Made by a program: the position numbers and the translations under genes | Source of the DNA: Eledone cirrhosa | Lineage: Eukaryota | Reading direction: 5' to 3' | Assembly (NCBI GenBank): GCA_964016885.1 | Contig: OZ024746.1 | Span: 2,046,001-2,110,000 of the forward strand | DNA: 64,000 nucleotides | Shown: positions 38,520 through 53,100 of the stretch, in pieces | Position numbering within the stretch: the first letter of the stretch is position 1 | Layout of the letters: every line of letters starts with the position of its first letter | Notes under the pieces: generated by a model | Told to the model about the DNA's origin: nothing | The model's input: the letters and a program-made list of their open reading frames with translations, nothing else | Databases searched by the model: none

Positions 38520-39240
38520 ATAGATAAGTCTCATTAAACTATCCTGGACAATTTTGACAAACAAAAGAGGGAGATGGTTGAATATCTACTGACTGTAGTT
38601 TTCTGGAGATCATAAAGCTCTCCCTTCTCTATGTTGGTGGTAGGTCGTCTCCCCAGTTTCTTTCTTGGTCAGAGGAGCTTACCACCTAGCCTGCTGGATT
38701 ACTAAGGCCATATATGTGATCAAGATAGTTATGTTCAAAGAACAACTAAGACACCACATGGGTGGAAAGATCTACAGAAAGTTGGTTACTTTGTGACTTT
38801 GGTATATGTAAAATTCTGGAATAAAGTCAAGGTTCCGAAGAAGGATCTTGATTCGATGAAACTGCTACCAATGTATCCTGACCAACAGATCAGAAATGGT
38901 CCTTCACCATCACCTAAGGTACTTGTTAGAAGAGTTAGTAGTGTTTGCTTTCAATGATGCAAGACTTGGACAGGAAGAGAAAAAAAAAATTTACCAAATC
39001 TAATAAAAGAAATAAGGTCAAATAGAAAGGAATGGCTTTTGGCAACAAAGAACTGAGTGACTTTGTTACAAAGAAAACATCTACTCAACATTGTCCTAAA
39101 CAATTTAGATTTTTGCATTGATATCAAAGCATCTATTGATGCTCTGAAAGTTGTGAATGACACTGCTGAGTGAGGTATTTATGAGAAAGAGGTTTAATGA
39201 TTCTACGAAAGGTGGTGGAAGAGTTCCTCCTAAAATTTGT
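38520..39240 (+). mobile_element. Degenerate DNA transposase relic, hAT-related (hATm-like)
   Basis: HLACWITKAIYVIKIVMFKEQ (cf. HxARWMAKAIYxLKI) and ALKVVNDTAE*GI (cf. VVNDxAERG); family assignment from recalled motifs. Confidence 0.6.
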
Positions 39241-39271
39241 TGTAGAGGAAAGAAAGTCTTTCTCTCTTTAA

Positions 39272-39462
39272 CCCTTTAGCATTTAATTTGGCCATATCCA
39301 GCCAGAATTCTATCACCTCTTTCTGTTCAAACCAGTTGTAATTTGCTACTCATACTAATGTTAAGGTATTGTTCTCAAAATATCAGATTTGATATTATGT
39401 GGGATAAAGCCTTTACTGTGAAAATACAATAGTATATATAGAGTAATGTGAATGCTAAAGGG
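39272..39462. mobile_element. piggyBac-type MITE, about 190 bp
   Basis: TTAA|CCCTTTAGCATT...AATGCTAAAGGG|TGAA; homologous to 56316-56514. Confidence 0.85.
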
Positions 39463-40619
39463 TGAACCCCAGTATTATTTAGAATATATTCCTTCTGCTT
39501 ATTTTCATTTCATTTGTCTTATCATTCCAAAATGTCCTCCAGAAAAACAAGGGAGTCTTTTCTGCATATAAACTTCTTTCATACAAAGTTTCCTCTATTT
39601 AATCCAAATATTATTGTGTATTTAGAATGTATTCCTCCAGTATATTTTCATTTCATTTTATTCTCTCAAGTGGTTTCCTCATTGGATCCAGTAAAGTGAA
39701 CAGGAAGGACAATATTTCACAGACCAGACAATGTCATTAAAAGATGTGAAAGTGTACAACCTCTAAATTGACGTTTAATTTGGCAGGCAATAGTTGGTAA
39801 AATGAAACCCTATAGTACATCTTCAAATATTGTGGAGATCATTTAATGAATAGCAGATTATTAGTTTGTTTCTCTTTGATTTAAAAATGCAGGATGATAA
39901 TGAATTAAAAAAAATCTAATTGATTTAGAGGTCAAAGAGGCCATGCATTTGGAGTTTGGATAAAAAAATTTAAGCATTTTTTATCAGGAATATTTCCGTT
40001 CATTTTCAAAGCTTGTCATTGCAGCTCTGCTTGTACTGGGTTCATCTGATACAAAGCATTTATGCAAGCTAGGATTTTATACATATAAGAACGAAATTTA
40101 GAAATTGTTTAAATTGTCAATATAATTATCTAGAAAAGATAACAATAAAAAGACAAAAAAGTCAATAATAAATGATTAATATACTTTTTTGTTTTTAAAT
40201 AAATTATTTTATTTGCCTCCTTAGTTTATTTTTCAGTTCTATTTATTATAGACTTGGGGAAGGGCAATCTGAAACAATTTAAAGAAATTATAAATCAAAA
40301 TCAGAAATGATGGTAAAACTATTCTCTTACAGAGAAAACCTTGGACACTACACTACATAAGGAAAGTTGGTGCAATATTAACTAGCATCTCTTTAAAATC
40401 CTGTCTTTTACCAAACTTGTGCTTATTCAAACTTATGCTGGTATACAGTTGAAACTATATGTGGATCTGTAAACTATATTGCTCCTAATGTTTTCCTGGC
40501 AACATAAGTGTAAAATGTTTAGTGAAGATATTCATGTTACAGATATGTGTTCTGAAACATCCTGTGTGTGGACATCATTATTATTCGACGGTAGTGGCAG
40601 ACAGCTACAATCTTCCTCC

Positions 40620-40985
40620 AATTGTAACTTTCATAATCATGAATACAAGCTGCTGAAATGGGGTTACTCCAAAGAGTCTTTGGAGTAACATTACCCAATA
40701 GTGTAGCTCGGAGACCAGTCACTCTAGGTAGAGCCGCTGCTTCTCCGAATTAAGAGATCACAGCTCTGGTACTGTGGGCATGTGGTTAGAATGTCTTAGG
40801 AAAGAATCGTTGGACAGATTTTACAGGCAAAACCAACTCAGGGGTAGACACAGAGTAAGATAACACCCACGACCTTGCCTGGACTCGCTTGGGGATTCAG
40901 CTGGATCACTTGCTTCAGACAGGACCCACTGGAAGGAGTATTTGAGGACTCTGCTCCCCAGACCCTCTAGGGAATAAGTCCTGTG
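40620..40985 (+). mobile_element. 3' fragment of the second RTE-type family
   Basis: IQAAEMGLLQRVFGVTL...LRIKRSQL..GQILQAKP. Confidence 0.7.
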
Positions 40986-42793
40986 GTCGATTTTAATCCC
41001 AAAGCATAATTTGAATTAAGAATACAAAATGCTGGAAGAGATACTGTAAAGTGTTTCATCTGCTATGGACTGGTACTTTATTTTATTGACACAAAAAGGA
41101 TGGAAAACAAAGATCACAGTGGGATTTGTACTCTGCTGAAAGTTAAAACATGAAATATTCTATTCAACACTTCAACTGCCTGAATTTCCTGAGGTAGACA
41201 TCTTATTTACATCAGCAATGTTTCCAAGAAAAGCATGTCCATCAATCACCCATGCCTCTAATGTAATGTATGTATATATCTGAATGGTCAGTTAACTGCT
41301 TGGTGGTACCAGTGTACATATTTCACATAAAGATATACTTACAGACATCTTAAGTTATACTAAACCAATCTACTTCTTGTGAAGCCACTGGGGTTGCTCT
41401 AAATTGAATCATTTCCATGTATTTATTAGAAGTGGGTGGCATTTTGATTTGGAAAATTCAACAGCATTGTTTTGCTGAACACAGTATTTTCCACAATGTT
41501 ATGGTAGCGAGAAAACAATAGGTGTCCCTTAATTGAATCTGCATAACACTTCACTGTGGAGACCCCGACAACCTGGAGGCAATCCATAATGCTGCAAATG
41601 ATGCCTTGGTTGGGATCACCAGTTGCAACCTGCCTCTCTAACTACTGTGCATGTCCTATAACAAGATGGTAGGTAACAGCAGAAGACTGTTATCTATAAC
41701 ATTATCTCAGTGTCTTGCCCTTTAATTATTAAGGGCAAATGATCTCCTTGTTAGAAAGGAGCTGACTTACCTTTGTCTGAAAGCCACTAAAAGTTGGGAT
41801 CATTTCAAGTCAGGTAGTCAATCACTGGACCCATGAAAAAACACAGGTTCAAAAACAAACACCAGTAGCAGCTCTTTCTGCACTGAGAAAAATTAAAAAG
41901 CATTTTAAGGGAAAATACATTTCTCTCATGGAAAAATATTTGCTTTATCAACATCATTGTATAATGTCCATTTTCTACACTAGCATGGGTGCTAAATGTT
42001 ATAGAGCACAACTTTAAAAAGAAGCAGATCATCAGATATAGCAAGCCATAGTAATATTCTAAAATCCACAAAAAACAGCCTCTACAAAGAACCTAAACAC
42101 TAAATATAAACTTAATATTTAAAACTAACCTTATCTCAATTCACATTCTTACTTTTTTTCATTAATAAAACACGCAAGACTTAAATGCTATGTGAAAGTG
42201 TACATATGCATGTTATAATAATAAAAAAACAGACAACTGGGGAAAGAAGAAAAACTCAAAGAACTATTTTGTTTATTTTTAAATATATATATATAAAAAA
42301 AAAAAAAAAAACCCCAAACCAACAAACAAAAGCTGTAAAGGACTAATAGGTTGTTTTCATTAGTTGACATTATCAATGTAATGTGCGTATCAAGAAGTTT
42401 ATACTATTAATTTTGACTTAAATTTCGATGTTTGGAAATCTAGCTTTCGTGATGACATGAAATTGCTTTTAAGTTGATTATGACTTATATTGTAAATATA
42501 AACCAAAATGAGGCTATATGACAGCAAGTTCACATAACCTAGTGCTGTCAGACCATGGATCAGAAGAGAAGACAATCAAGATATAAGGTTCTAATGTATA
42601 TTAGAAACTATGAACATCAATTGGAGACCAGCTACTTGCCAGGGAATGATGTTACTGGAACAATAAATAACTGAGTGCAAGGACTTGGTCACTGTTTCAA
42701 CCCATTCACAGCCCTGGGTTTATTAAGATATTAAACAACTGATGAATGAAGGCTGCCTAAAGGATTTTAAACAAGTCAGATATTGCTTGCTTA

Positions 42794-43012
42794 TTATGAG
42801 ACATATGGTGACAAATCAGTCCCTGTTGACACATGAATGATATCATCGGGACAGAGAATCAATATGGTATCTCCAGAAAATAAAACAAATGCCAATGTAG
42901 TGCAAACAGCAACATTTACTTGGTTAGAGTTTTTTTCTAGCTTTTTATCTTTAATTTGAGATAAAACACTATCAATTACTCTGTAGGACACCTTTTTACT
43001 ACTTTACAACAA
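42794..43012 (-). pseudogene. Possible decayed SHCBP1/Nessun dorma-like fragment
   Basis: (FVVSSKK)VSYRVIDSVLSQIKDKKL...FSGDTILILCPDDII resembles recalled SHCBP1 HVVSS...GDTVIVCPG...PDDIV; not verified by search. Confidence 0.25.
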
Positions 43013-43807
43013 ATTAAGATATAATTATAAGGAGTATAAGAGAAACACTTGGCAGCCCTGGAAACTTAGAGGACACCATTTGGGTTAAGTCAATGATGCT
43101 CTATGGATATATGAAGAAAATTTAAAACACTTTCATTCCAGTGGATTATCTAATGTGATTAACACACTAGAATCTTATCTCAAATAAGAAATGTCTTATA
43201 AAAGTGAAATAAAACAGAATAAAAAATACAAAAGTCATGAAGAGCTTGTTAAAAAAAACTAATGATCTTCATTAGCTAATGAAAGCAGGTAATTAAGAAT
43301 CATTATATGGTGAGGATGAGGAAAATTTCCCCCCCCGAAATCTTTAGTGATCAAAAGACTAATGAATGAGCTTGGTGAAATTAACTAAAAATATGATATT
43401 GAAATGTTGTGAAGGGTGTTGACCAGCCTTCATGTCCAGCTGAAAGTAATTCAGCTGTTATCCTGTTTTTAGCAGGCCTCACGACCATACAGAGAACTGT
43501 ACTTATGTATGTAAATATATTTGCTGAACATGGATAGCTTTAGCAACTCCAAATGAAGAATATTTCCTGGTAAAACCATCCTAAAATTAGTCAAAAGGAA
43601 AAAATAAAATAAAGAATTTAAATCATGCTACCAAAGCAAGTGCCATTGGAAAGCCATACATCTGGTATGATATTCATGAAGTACCTACAGCACTATCCCT
43701 TTCTGAAAATACATGTGAAGTATATAGTTAGTGTATACACACCTGCAACAACAAATCCCTCAAATAACAATGTCTTAAAGGAACTTATTGTTAAATATCA
43801 CACACAC

Positions 43808-43938
43808 CAAATTTTATATAGAAATAGCTTCTACAGGATTAGAACGGTTTCATTTAAAAGACATCATAAAGGGTTTTCTTGATTTCTTTTGAATGAAACA
43901 GTTCTAGTTTTGTAGAAACCATTTCTATATTAAATTTG
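43808..43938. repeat. Long imperfect hairpin with about 60-bp arms
   Basis: AAATTTTATATAGAAATAGCTTCTACAGGATTAGAACGGTTTCATTTAAAAGA pairs with TCTTTTGAATGAAACAGTTCTAGTTTTGTAGAAACCATTTCTATATTAAATTT. Confidence 0.85.
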
Positions 43939-44746
43939 ATATCTACACTGTACTAACGTATTGAGTACCTTACTAAATGTGGTTAGCCCTAATTGAACCC
44001 GGGACTCTCTCTCACACACACATATATATATATTCTTTGCAACAATATGACTAATAATGCAGTCAAGTATCTTAGAATTATGCTCCTCCAGTTCCTATTT
44101 ACACTGTACAACTATAACACGGTTAACAATTTAACAATTGCTAAATTTGAATATTTCTGAATGCTTTGTCTTTTGAATTTCAATGAAACTGACAAGAAAA
44201 CAGTAAATACAAAGTGACACGAGGAGGCAAGGATTGAGCTGATCAATAAAATAAGATGGAACTAGTAACCCAGAGATTGATGCAGGTTGTTTTCTTCCAC
44301 ACGCACCAACAATTATGTAGTAAAGATGCCAAAGTCCATATACTGCAGTATTTGGTCATTAAAATAAAAATATTCCAAGCTACATCCTTACATATCTAAA
44401 TCATAATACTTAGTACATATGACAATCTTGATTTACTTTCCTGTAAAAATCGACGCTAATTACAGCAACAGTTCTAAAACAGGTAGATGCTTTAGCTCCC
44501 AAATACCTTGTATAATTTTATACAATAACTTGTAATTAATGAAATCATAAAAACGAAAATATAAATTCACAAATGGTACATACTGATGCACGAGAAAATA
44601 GGAAAAATTGGTAAGATAAGTGTGTCAGTAAAGATTTTTGACAATGCAGTAAATTTCCTAAGGGATTCATGTATAATTCAAAATGCTGTTACTAATTATT
44701 CATTACAAAACCACGTCCAAATGAATGCTTTTGCCCAGTAAAAAAG

Positions 44747-44783
<37 letters not shown>

Positions 44784-47096
44784 GGGAGTTGTTAGCCACA
44801 AATTTGCTTGAATGAAGCAGACCCTGGTTAAATGTATACTATTACCATTATAAGAGCAGAACTACATTAGTTTTGAAGAGACTGTTTTACTATGATATTT
44901 TGGGACATAATGTACCTCACAACCAATGCTCAGACACTCACCATCAGCCATTTCAAATAGATATTCATATGAAGATGATTGTTTACAGTACTTTGTTGAA
45001 CACACATTCCACAATGGAGGAGTGAGGCACAGCATTGGAGTAGATGTCTTATACCTCAATTGAAGTGTGTATGGATCATATAGGACAAAAACAATGGATG
45101 ATTAATCTTAAAATACCTTTTAGTTTCAACTCTAACTTCTACAACATGGCTTAGTTATATGGGAACATTTATTGCTTTACCTGTAACACTCAAATATATA
45201 AGCACTGATCATTCTAAAATCTTTGATTCAACACATGCCACCATCAATCATATTGAACAGCATGTATAGTCTTCAAAGCACACGTTTCGATATCATACTA
45301 AAAATAAAGATATAATATGAAAGTAGCATTTAGAAATTCCATTAAATGGTACAGATGCACGGTATGTTGTATCAGGACGTTCATTATTGCATGTCTTAAT
45401 ATTGAAGATTATATAAAATACTTGATATAATGTTAAAATATTTATTGAGAAAATATATTTAAGAAAAAATTAACTCCAATATGTTTAATTTGTCATTGCC
45501 TCTTTTGTTTTTATTTTTCTATAGAATTATTGAGTTTTAATGAGATTACCAAAAGTAAGAAGCATAAAAAATAAGTAACCTGGAGGCCAAAGTTGCAAGT
45601 GACCCACAACCCTACACTGTACCAAGTTACTGCATCATCAAAACATTTTCTTTTCTTATGCGCCATTGTGTAATTATGTACCTTATATACATCATACCAT
45701 ACAAAGGTGCTATCATGGCCAGTCTTGTATTACCTTCCATTAGATGCAATATTCACAAGAAGCATAATATTCTACATCTGTGTACAGCTAAATCAGAAAT
45801 AGTTTACTTTCTTGTAATATGAAAATTACATCAATACAGTGGAGGTTACCTATCATAAAAACACCTGAGAAACCTCCTATGAGGCAGTCAAACCTGCATA
45901 AATTATAATACAGATAATAATGCATGCGTTAAAAAACAAAACAGAACAAAAAAAAAAAATAAAAATCTTGCAGGAATTTATATTCTAGCAATTTCTATAA
46001 TCAAACAATATAATGTCATCTTTAACATCACACTATATATAAATACATCCAGCTTCTGCTAAACTAAATGAGATCAGACAAAGATACTTTGAATACCATA
46101 TGTTCGACAATAAAATGATTTACACTGAAATACAGCAGAATAAAGAATGAAATGCATGACTGGCATGTGAACTTTCCACAACTCAACAGAGATAAAAATA
46201 AAAATTCAATCAAGTATATATGGACAGAGAAACATTTCCCTTGTAACTCAGACACACTCCATTCAAACAGTGCTAATGGGAAACTGAAAGATTAAAAACA
46301 CACACATCACACCACGTGTTGTCGCCATCATCCTGCATGTGTAAAATGTATATTTATGGAGATAATTTTAAATGCTCTCAGTTAAAAAGAGAAAAAAACA
46401 AACAAACATTTTTTTTAAAAGGTATAAAATATGCCCAAATGGAAAATGGATGAAAATTAAATGCCAGACCCTTAAAACTAATATTTTAAAATCTCTTACT
46501 TTCCCTGAAGAGACATTACACACCTCTTTCAATAACCCTATAAGAATGAGATTATGATTTAAAGCAAAGGAAAAAAAGAAAACTACAACAGACATGGAAT
46601 GACCATTTAGTTCAAGATTTACACTTTGAGATCTATTTACTTGAAAAATCTGTTTAAGATATGGTCAGGGCCTTTACAATGTCTCAACACACTAATCCAT
46701 TAAAACACAAATAAATTCTAAAAATATAATTCCTAAAGGTGGGGAACGAAAAAAAAAAAAAAAAAAAAAAATCATGAATTGTAAGTTCATTTAATCTCAA
46801 ACTGTGTAATGCTTTAATGATAAAGTAGACACTTGTAGTCTAGATGACTGGAGCACTGAACATGATTTGATTGGTGAGCTGCACCACAGTTGAAAAAAAA
46901 GCAGCCTGTAGACAAACATTTCTGTTAACCCACTGAACTACTAACAACTGCCAAGCTCACCAAATGTATCTCTGAAACAGAGAATGACAATATATTTACA
47001 GAAGGCCTTCTCACAATAAGGCTTACGGAGTTTACACCTTTTTTTTTCATCATTGCAATCATTAATATATAATTCATTTTAATAGTTCATCCAACT

Positions 47097-47188
47097 TCAT
47101 TCCTTTGATTCTTTTTTTGCTTCATGATCCTTATCATCCTTATCATCATCATCATCATCATCTCCATCTAAAACCTCCACATCTTCAC
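47097..47188 (-). CDS. SET: SET last coding exon
   Basis: ttgcag|(G)[29 protein letters not shown]. Confidence 0.85.
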
Positions 47189-50100
47189 CTGCAAATAAAA
47201 GTTTAAATGTAAAGCAAATAGGAAAAAAAAAAATGTTTTTCTTTAGTAAAAGAATTCATAAAATAGTCACAATACTTTGTATTACAACTTTAACCTTTTG
47301 GCATTTACATTATACTTACATTTGTATTTTCACATTAACATCAGTATGAATGGCTGGTCACAACTGGTTTGAACAGAAAGAGGTGACAGAATTCTGGCTG
47401 GATATGACTGGTTTAATTTCATAAGCCGTATTCTCTCAGTAGATATTTAAAGGGCCTCCAGAATCAAGTTGGAGACAACTGTTGAAACACCAACCACCAA
47501 AATCCTCACATATACAACTATTGTTTACAAGAGTGCTTTTATGTAGCTTTTAACCTTCAAAGCACACCTTACTATCTTTAACTCTTAACATATTGTAACG
47601 ATTTAGCAGAAAGTATCTATCAATGAGCTTGTTGATTAATTTTTTTTACAAATAGCACCTTTACTAGTGGAAAAATTGTGAAAATTTGCAATATCATAAA
47701 AAGGATTAATTTTTAATGAGTCTATGTAGTTATAGGAGATATCACAGTAGAGCTCTGAGAAGGGGTGACAAACACAGTTTGACCACGTAAAAATCCAAGA
47801 AAAATTACAGAAATTAGATTTAAATATCTTTAACATTTTTAGCAATACCCAGTGAAAGTGATATCTTACAATATACAACGGTCCATGGCTCTATGGCTCA
47901 TCTCATGAAATGACCAACACACATTACATATGTACAATATACAACGGTCCATGGCTCATCTCATGAAATGACCAACACACATTACATATGTACAATATAC
48001 AACGGTCCATGGCTCATCTCATGAAATGACCAACACACATTACATATGTACAATATACATCGGTCCATGGCTCTATGGCTCATTTCATGAAATGACCAAC
48101 ACACATTACATATGTACAATATACAATGAATTTATATATAAATTGGACTAAGTTTAATTTGACTACCTTCAAGAGCTTCCCCAACTTCTTCAACATCATC
48201 ATCATCCTCATCCACTTCATAGATTTCTTCATCTTGAAAAATAAATACAACAATATTTAATGTTTGATCACAAAAAGGTGAAACAACAACAACAAACAAA
48301 ACATTACTCTCAATAGTTATAACACCAAATGTGATAATACTGTGGTCAGTTTACTGTCTAAGAATTAGTAAAGTACAAAATTTCTCTCTCCATGTCATAA
48401 ATGCACTGAGATCAACATATAACCAAGCTGAATGTTTAAATATATTATCTGAAAATAAACAGATATTCAACTGACCATAATGTGCAAAGAAGAATAAAAA
48501 TGAAGTCATTTCCTGTGAAAAGGTTTCAGACAATAACTGCAGAAACAAACTATCAATTGGAAAGACTAATAGAAACATTGATTCCTTTAAATAACTATAA
48601 TTTACAATTATATATTTTTACCTGATTTTTTTTTGTTAAATTTGACTTTTATGGGCAGGTGAAATTAATTAACAGGTGTAAAAGTAATAACTTTATGGAT
48701 AAACACAAAAAATTTAAACTTTATCTGCCTTATCTGTTAGATTTGTTGCAAAAAAATCCAATAATGACCTAGATGCTGATTTCCATCAATTCTAGCAGTT
48801 TTCCGAACAGGTGAATTAATTAAAAATGCAGGTGTAATCAGTACACTGTTTTAGTTTTTCTCTACATTCCAGGCAAATATTTTCATTGAAAAAAATGTAT
48901 AAAACCTTTTCACCGGTCAAAATAATATTGGCAATGTACTCTGTAAATGTACGGTGTAAAATTACGTAACAGAAAGTTCCCAATATATAAGTTTATACAC
49001 ACTTTTAAATTTTTCTGACAATATTTCAATTAATGGTCGTACTTTGTACAGTGGGTCGTAATTTGATTCATTTCTACCAGGGGTATTTGAAGTATCAACC
49101 AGATGCAAATACTGGTTTAATTTAATGAATCTCGTTTTTGCCATAATACTAGATATATAAGGGTCACCAAACCTTATATCAGTACTCCAATAATTCCAGT
49201 CGTGGAAATTGTTTAATACCAAACATAATATTTATGGTAAAAAACGCTTTCATTTCGGCAGAATCTGTCGGACGCCATAACAGATCGGGTTTTCCGATAT
49301 TAGAAATTTGTTGTTGTGCATAGCGATTTGCCACAACTTCGAAGAAAAATTGTGGTAAAAATAAAAAATAAAAAATAATAATCCAGTGCTTTAGCATCGG
49401 GTGGTAATGTGTGTTGTGGTCCAATATTTTCAGTAAAATCCGAAACATGTATCGATGTTGTTTCTTTCAACCACGTTGCTGTTTTTTCAATGGTGTCAGT
49501 CAAATCTTCTCTTTCACTTTCAAAGTAACTATCATCATTATCAGATATATCAGAAATAAATCACTGATATTATCTTCTGTTTCTTTTTGATCTCGAATGT
49601 CGTCGGACGTAAAACCTTCAAATTCGTTGTCGCTACTTTCGGAAGCCATGTTACACTTTCAACGTTAAAAACACGTGTTATCGCAAGTTCTTTAACTATA
49701 CTAAGAGTTAATTTTCGCGTGTAAGGGCTTTATCTCGCAGTAATCTCGAATTGACGAGATTTCGATGATGTCAATGTTTATTTTTAGAAGGAAATCTCCG
49801 TGTGGTATTAAATGTCGGTTTTTGTCGGTTTGAATAAATGAAAGGGGACATAATCTTGTCGGTTTTTGTCGCTTTGAATGCTAAAGGGTTAAACAGGATG
49901 GGAATAACAAAACTAGCTAGGATTATGAACTACTGGAGTACAGATAAATCCTTTGGTGATTTGAATGTAATTTTAAACACTTTTGATACCAACTCAGCCC
50001 TGGTTCTATGAAACATAACATCCTATTTTAAAGGGCTCCAATATAAATTTGTACAAAAACCTTATATTTACACAAATACTACTGTAATAATTTTAGTAAA

Positions 50101-53100
50101 TCCCTCCAAATTCTTCTTTAATTAATTGAAATATAATGCAAGTCATTAGAAATATGTTAACAAAAGGGTTAAAGCCCTATCAATACTTCCACACACGAGA
50201 CACTAATTTGTGGCAATAAAGATCCTTTATTTAAAATAGTGTATCAAGGAGATTCTACATGGAAGATAGTGGTATCACTTCCATATGATACCCAAGGCCA
50301 CACATGTTATGACCAGTCTTTCAATTTGGTGAAACTTGAAGTGGATCTAGAATGGCAACATCAGAAACAGAGAGCTCCTAGGGGACATCTGTTTGAAACA
50401 ACTTTCAGTGTGCTGAGGCCATGCTAGGGCACTGTCACATGTAATTAAAAAAACAAAAACCCACTCATATATCAATAAATATAAAAAAAGTTATAGCTGT
50501 TTTACAAAAGCAAACTATTACTTGATTATATGAATTTAATTTAAACACACGTGTATATTAGAAATAGAGTAACAAAAGGGTTAAGTGGTTCCACATTTAA
50601 GTAAGCCTGTGTGAATTCTACCCCAAAACAAACAATAACAAAGCTTATGAGTTGCTATTTCTTACTCTTCTAAAGAACATCAACAGAATAGAATGTTACA
50701 TAAAATATTCAAATCTACCTCAAATATAAAAATGTTTAAACACTTTTTTTTTTTTGTTCTGAAGAAGTGGCCCTGACTTTCACTCTTCTAAATGAAATGG
50801 GTGACTGTGAAACACCGACAGATGAAGCAATAATAAAATGTTCTTAGCAGAATAGATACTACTTTGCTATGTGAAAAACACCCCCAAACTCACCTTCTTC
50901 TTCTTCATCATCATCATCTTCATTTACGACAACAACAGATTCATCTAGCTCATCATCATCCTCATCTTCATCACTATTAGAAAATAAATAAAAGAATGTA
51001 GTAATAACCAATCAAACCAGACAGCACCCTTAATGCCACCGAACCAACTATTGTCTATTTGCAGAATATATCACAACTATATTATTTTATCTACCATTGG
51101 AGAGCAAAATAAACAGTTTTCAAATTAGCTGTTGTTGTTGACAGAACAATCCAACCATTAAATGACACCAAATACAACTGGAATTGCTGTTGATGTTGTA
51201 TAAGTCCCAGGAAACTCTAAATGTGTAGACTGTCTTTTTATCAGAGTATGTAGGTGATTAAACTGATATTTCTAGCAAGTTAAAGGACCACAGAGAGGTA
51301 TTCTACTAGTAGAAGTGTTCAGTGTTTTAGGAGGCCCATTATTCTATACACAAAAATCAAATCAAATCAAGGCTAAATGTTTATTTCAGAGAGGAAGAAC
51401 AGAATAATGAATAAAATCAAAACAAAAATATAAAAATATATACATACCTGACACCATTTTCTTCTACTTCAATATCAGGAGCCAAGAAATATTGCAACGG
51501 ATTTGGCCACATATCATCCTTGATTACCTGAAAAGTAATAAAAGTAGATAAATGGAATGGTTTCTCTATACTATTTTAACCATAGAACATATGACAGATT
51601 TAGATAGTCCAATCTTTTGGTAATTTAATTCATGTCATGTCATAGCATTACTTTTCACTCGGATAAGGGGAGACAAAATAAAACCATGCCGTCACACATG
51701 GAATCACAGCTAAATAATTATAGAAGATGAGACAGGGTTAATGTTTATTTCAGACCAAAAAGCAGTTATCAGAGTAGTTTATAGCCAGACTAATATCTCG
51801 TCTTTTTAGGAGTCAATAAAAACAGTACCAATACATTTTATTAAGTATCAAATAGTTAATAGAATAAGAGCTTTAGCCTCTTTCATTAACCACAGAAGAT
51901 TATTTATTGGTATAGGGTTACTCTACACTAACCATAAATCTTTTATCTTTCATTCAAAATCTTACCTCAGCTATATCATCTGCTGATGGATCTTTATTGT
52001 CTAAAAACCAGGTGAAAAAAGTTCGGTTAGGTTGATGTTTTCTCTTTCTGTCAGCAATCACTATCTGTTCTCGTACTTTTTTTGTCAGATCCATACCATC
52101 CTGCCAGTTAATAGCTGTTGACTTTGAAGCAGGGTCCCCTGAAAGAAGAAAATAATACCAAATAATCCAGATTCCTACTTTACCAAGAAACATGATACCA
52201 AATGTATTTTTTATGCAAACTGATCGACAGTTCAATAAGTATTACGATGTTCCTTGGCAGAGTGGCTCAACTCACCTATCATCTGTGGAGAACCAACCAT
52301 AATAATACTTCATGTGTGTTTCTATATTTATATATATCTCCATCTGTAACACGGTAAAATTTATACACACACAGTACATTTCCAAACTGAACCATGTTGC
52401 TACAATAAGTGTTCACTTTCCAATCACAAGGTCCATACATTTATCCCAGTAAATAGTTATTTCTCTGAAGTTAACATTTAATCGTGTATGTTATTTGTAC
52501 AAATGGGGTCCAAGTAATCAACCTCCTCACAGTAGGCCCTGAAAACTGATCCTGACAGAGCAAACAACAACCTGCGGCAGTAAGTCTCATACACAAGAAA
52601 ACTTGTATATATATGCTGGAGGTTTAAGTAAGCATAGAAATAAATTATTAAAATATTCTTCTTTAATCACTTCCATGCATCAGTAATCAACATAAAGTAT
52701 AGGGTTTCTTTTATGCAAACCATTAGTTTATCAAATTGCAAATTTCCCAGTTTGTATGATTGTTCATACATCTGGTAACATTGGTATATATGGCATATCA
52801 ATTCACTCCAAAACTGAAATATGTTCAATGTTATTGCTGTCATTATTGACGACACTGGGCCACCAGTAGTTACATATTTTCCAAGAATATTTTTGTTGAA
52901 AACTGGTATTATATCCATGTAAACACTAATCTCTAACAAATCTAAAGGCAACTGCCAATCCCAAGAGAACATCCAGACATAACAGGTAACAGGTTATATT
53001 CTGGACTTGTCAAGCTACTACAGAAAAACAGACGAAAAACCAACACTAATTCTTCAGTTATATAATTACTCAACTAAATAACTTTGAAGATACCAATGTT

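Noticed and set aside
44862-45059. 65-aa minus-strand ORF as a possible exon
   Set aside because: No recognisable homology or phase-compatible neighbouring exons
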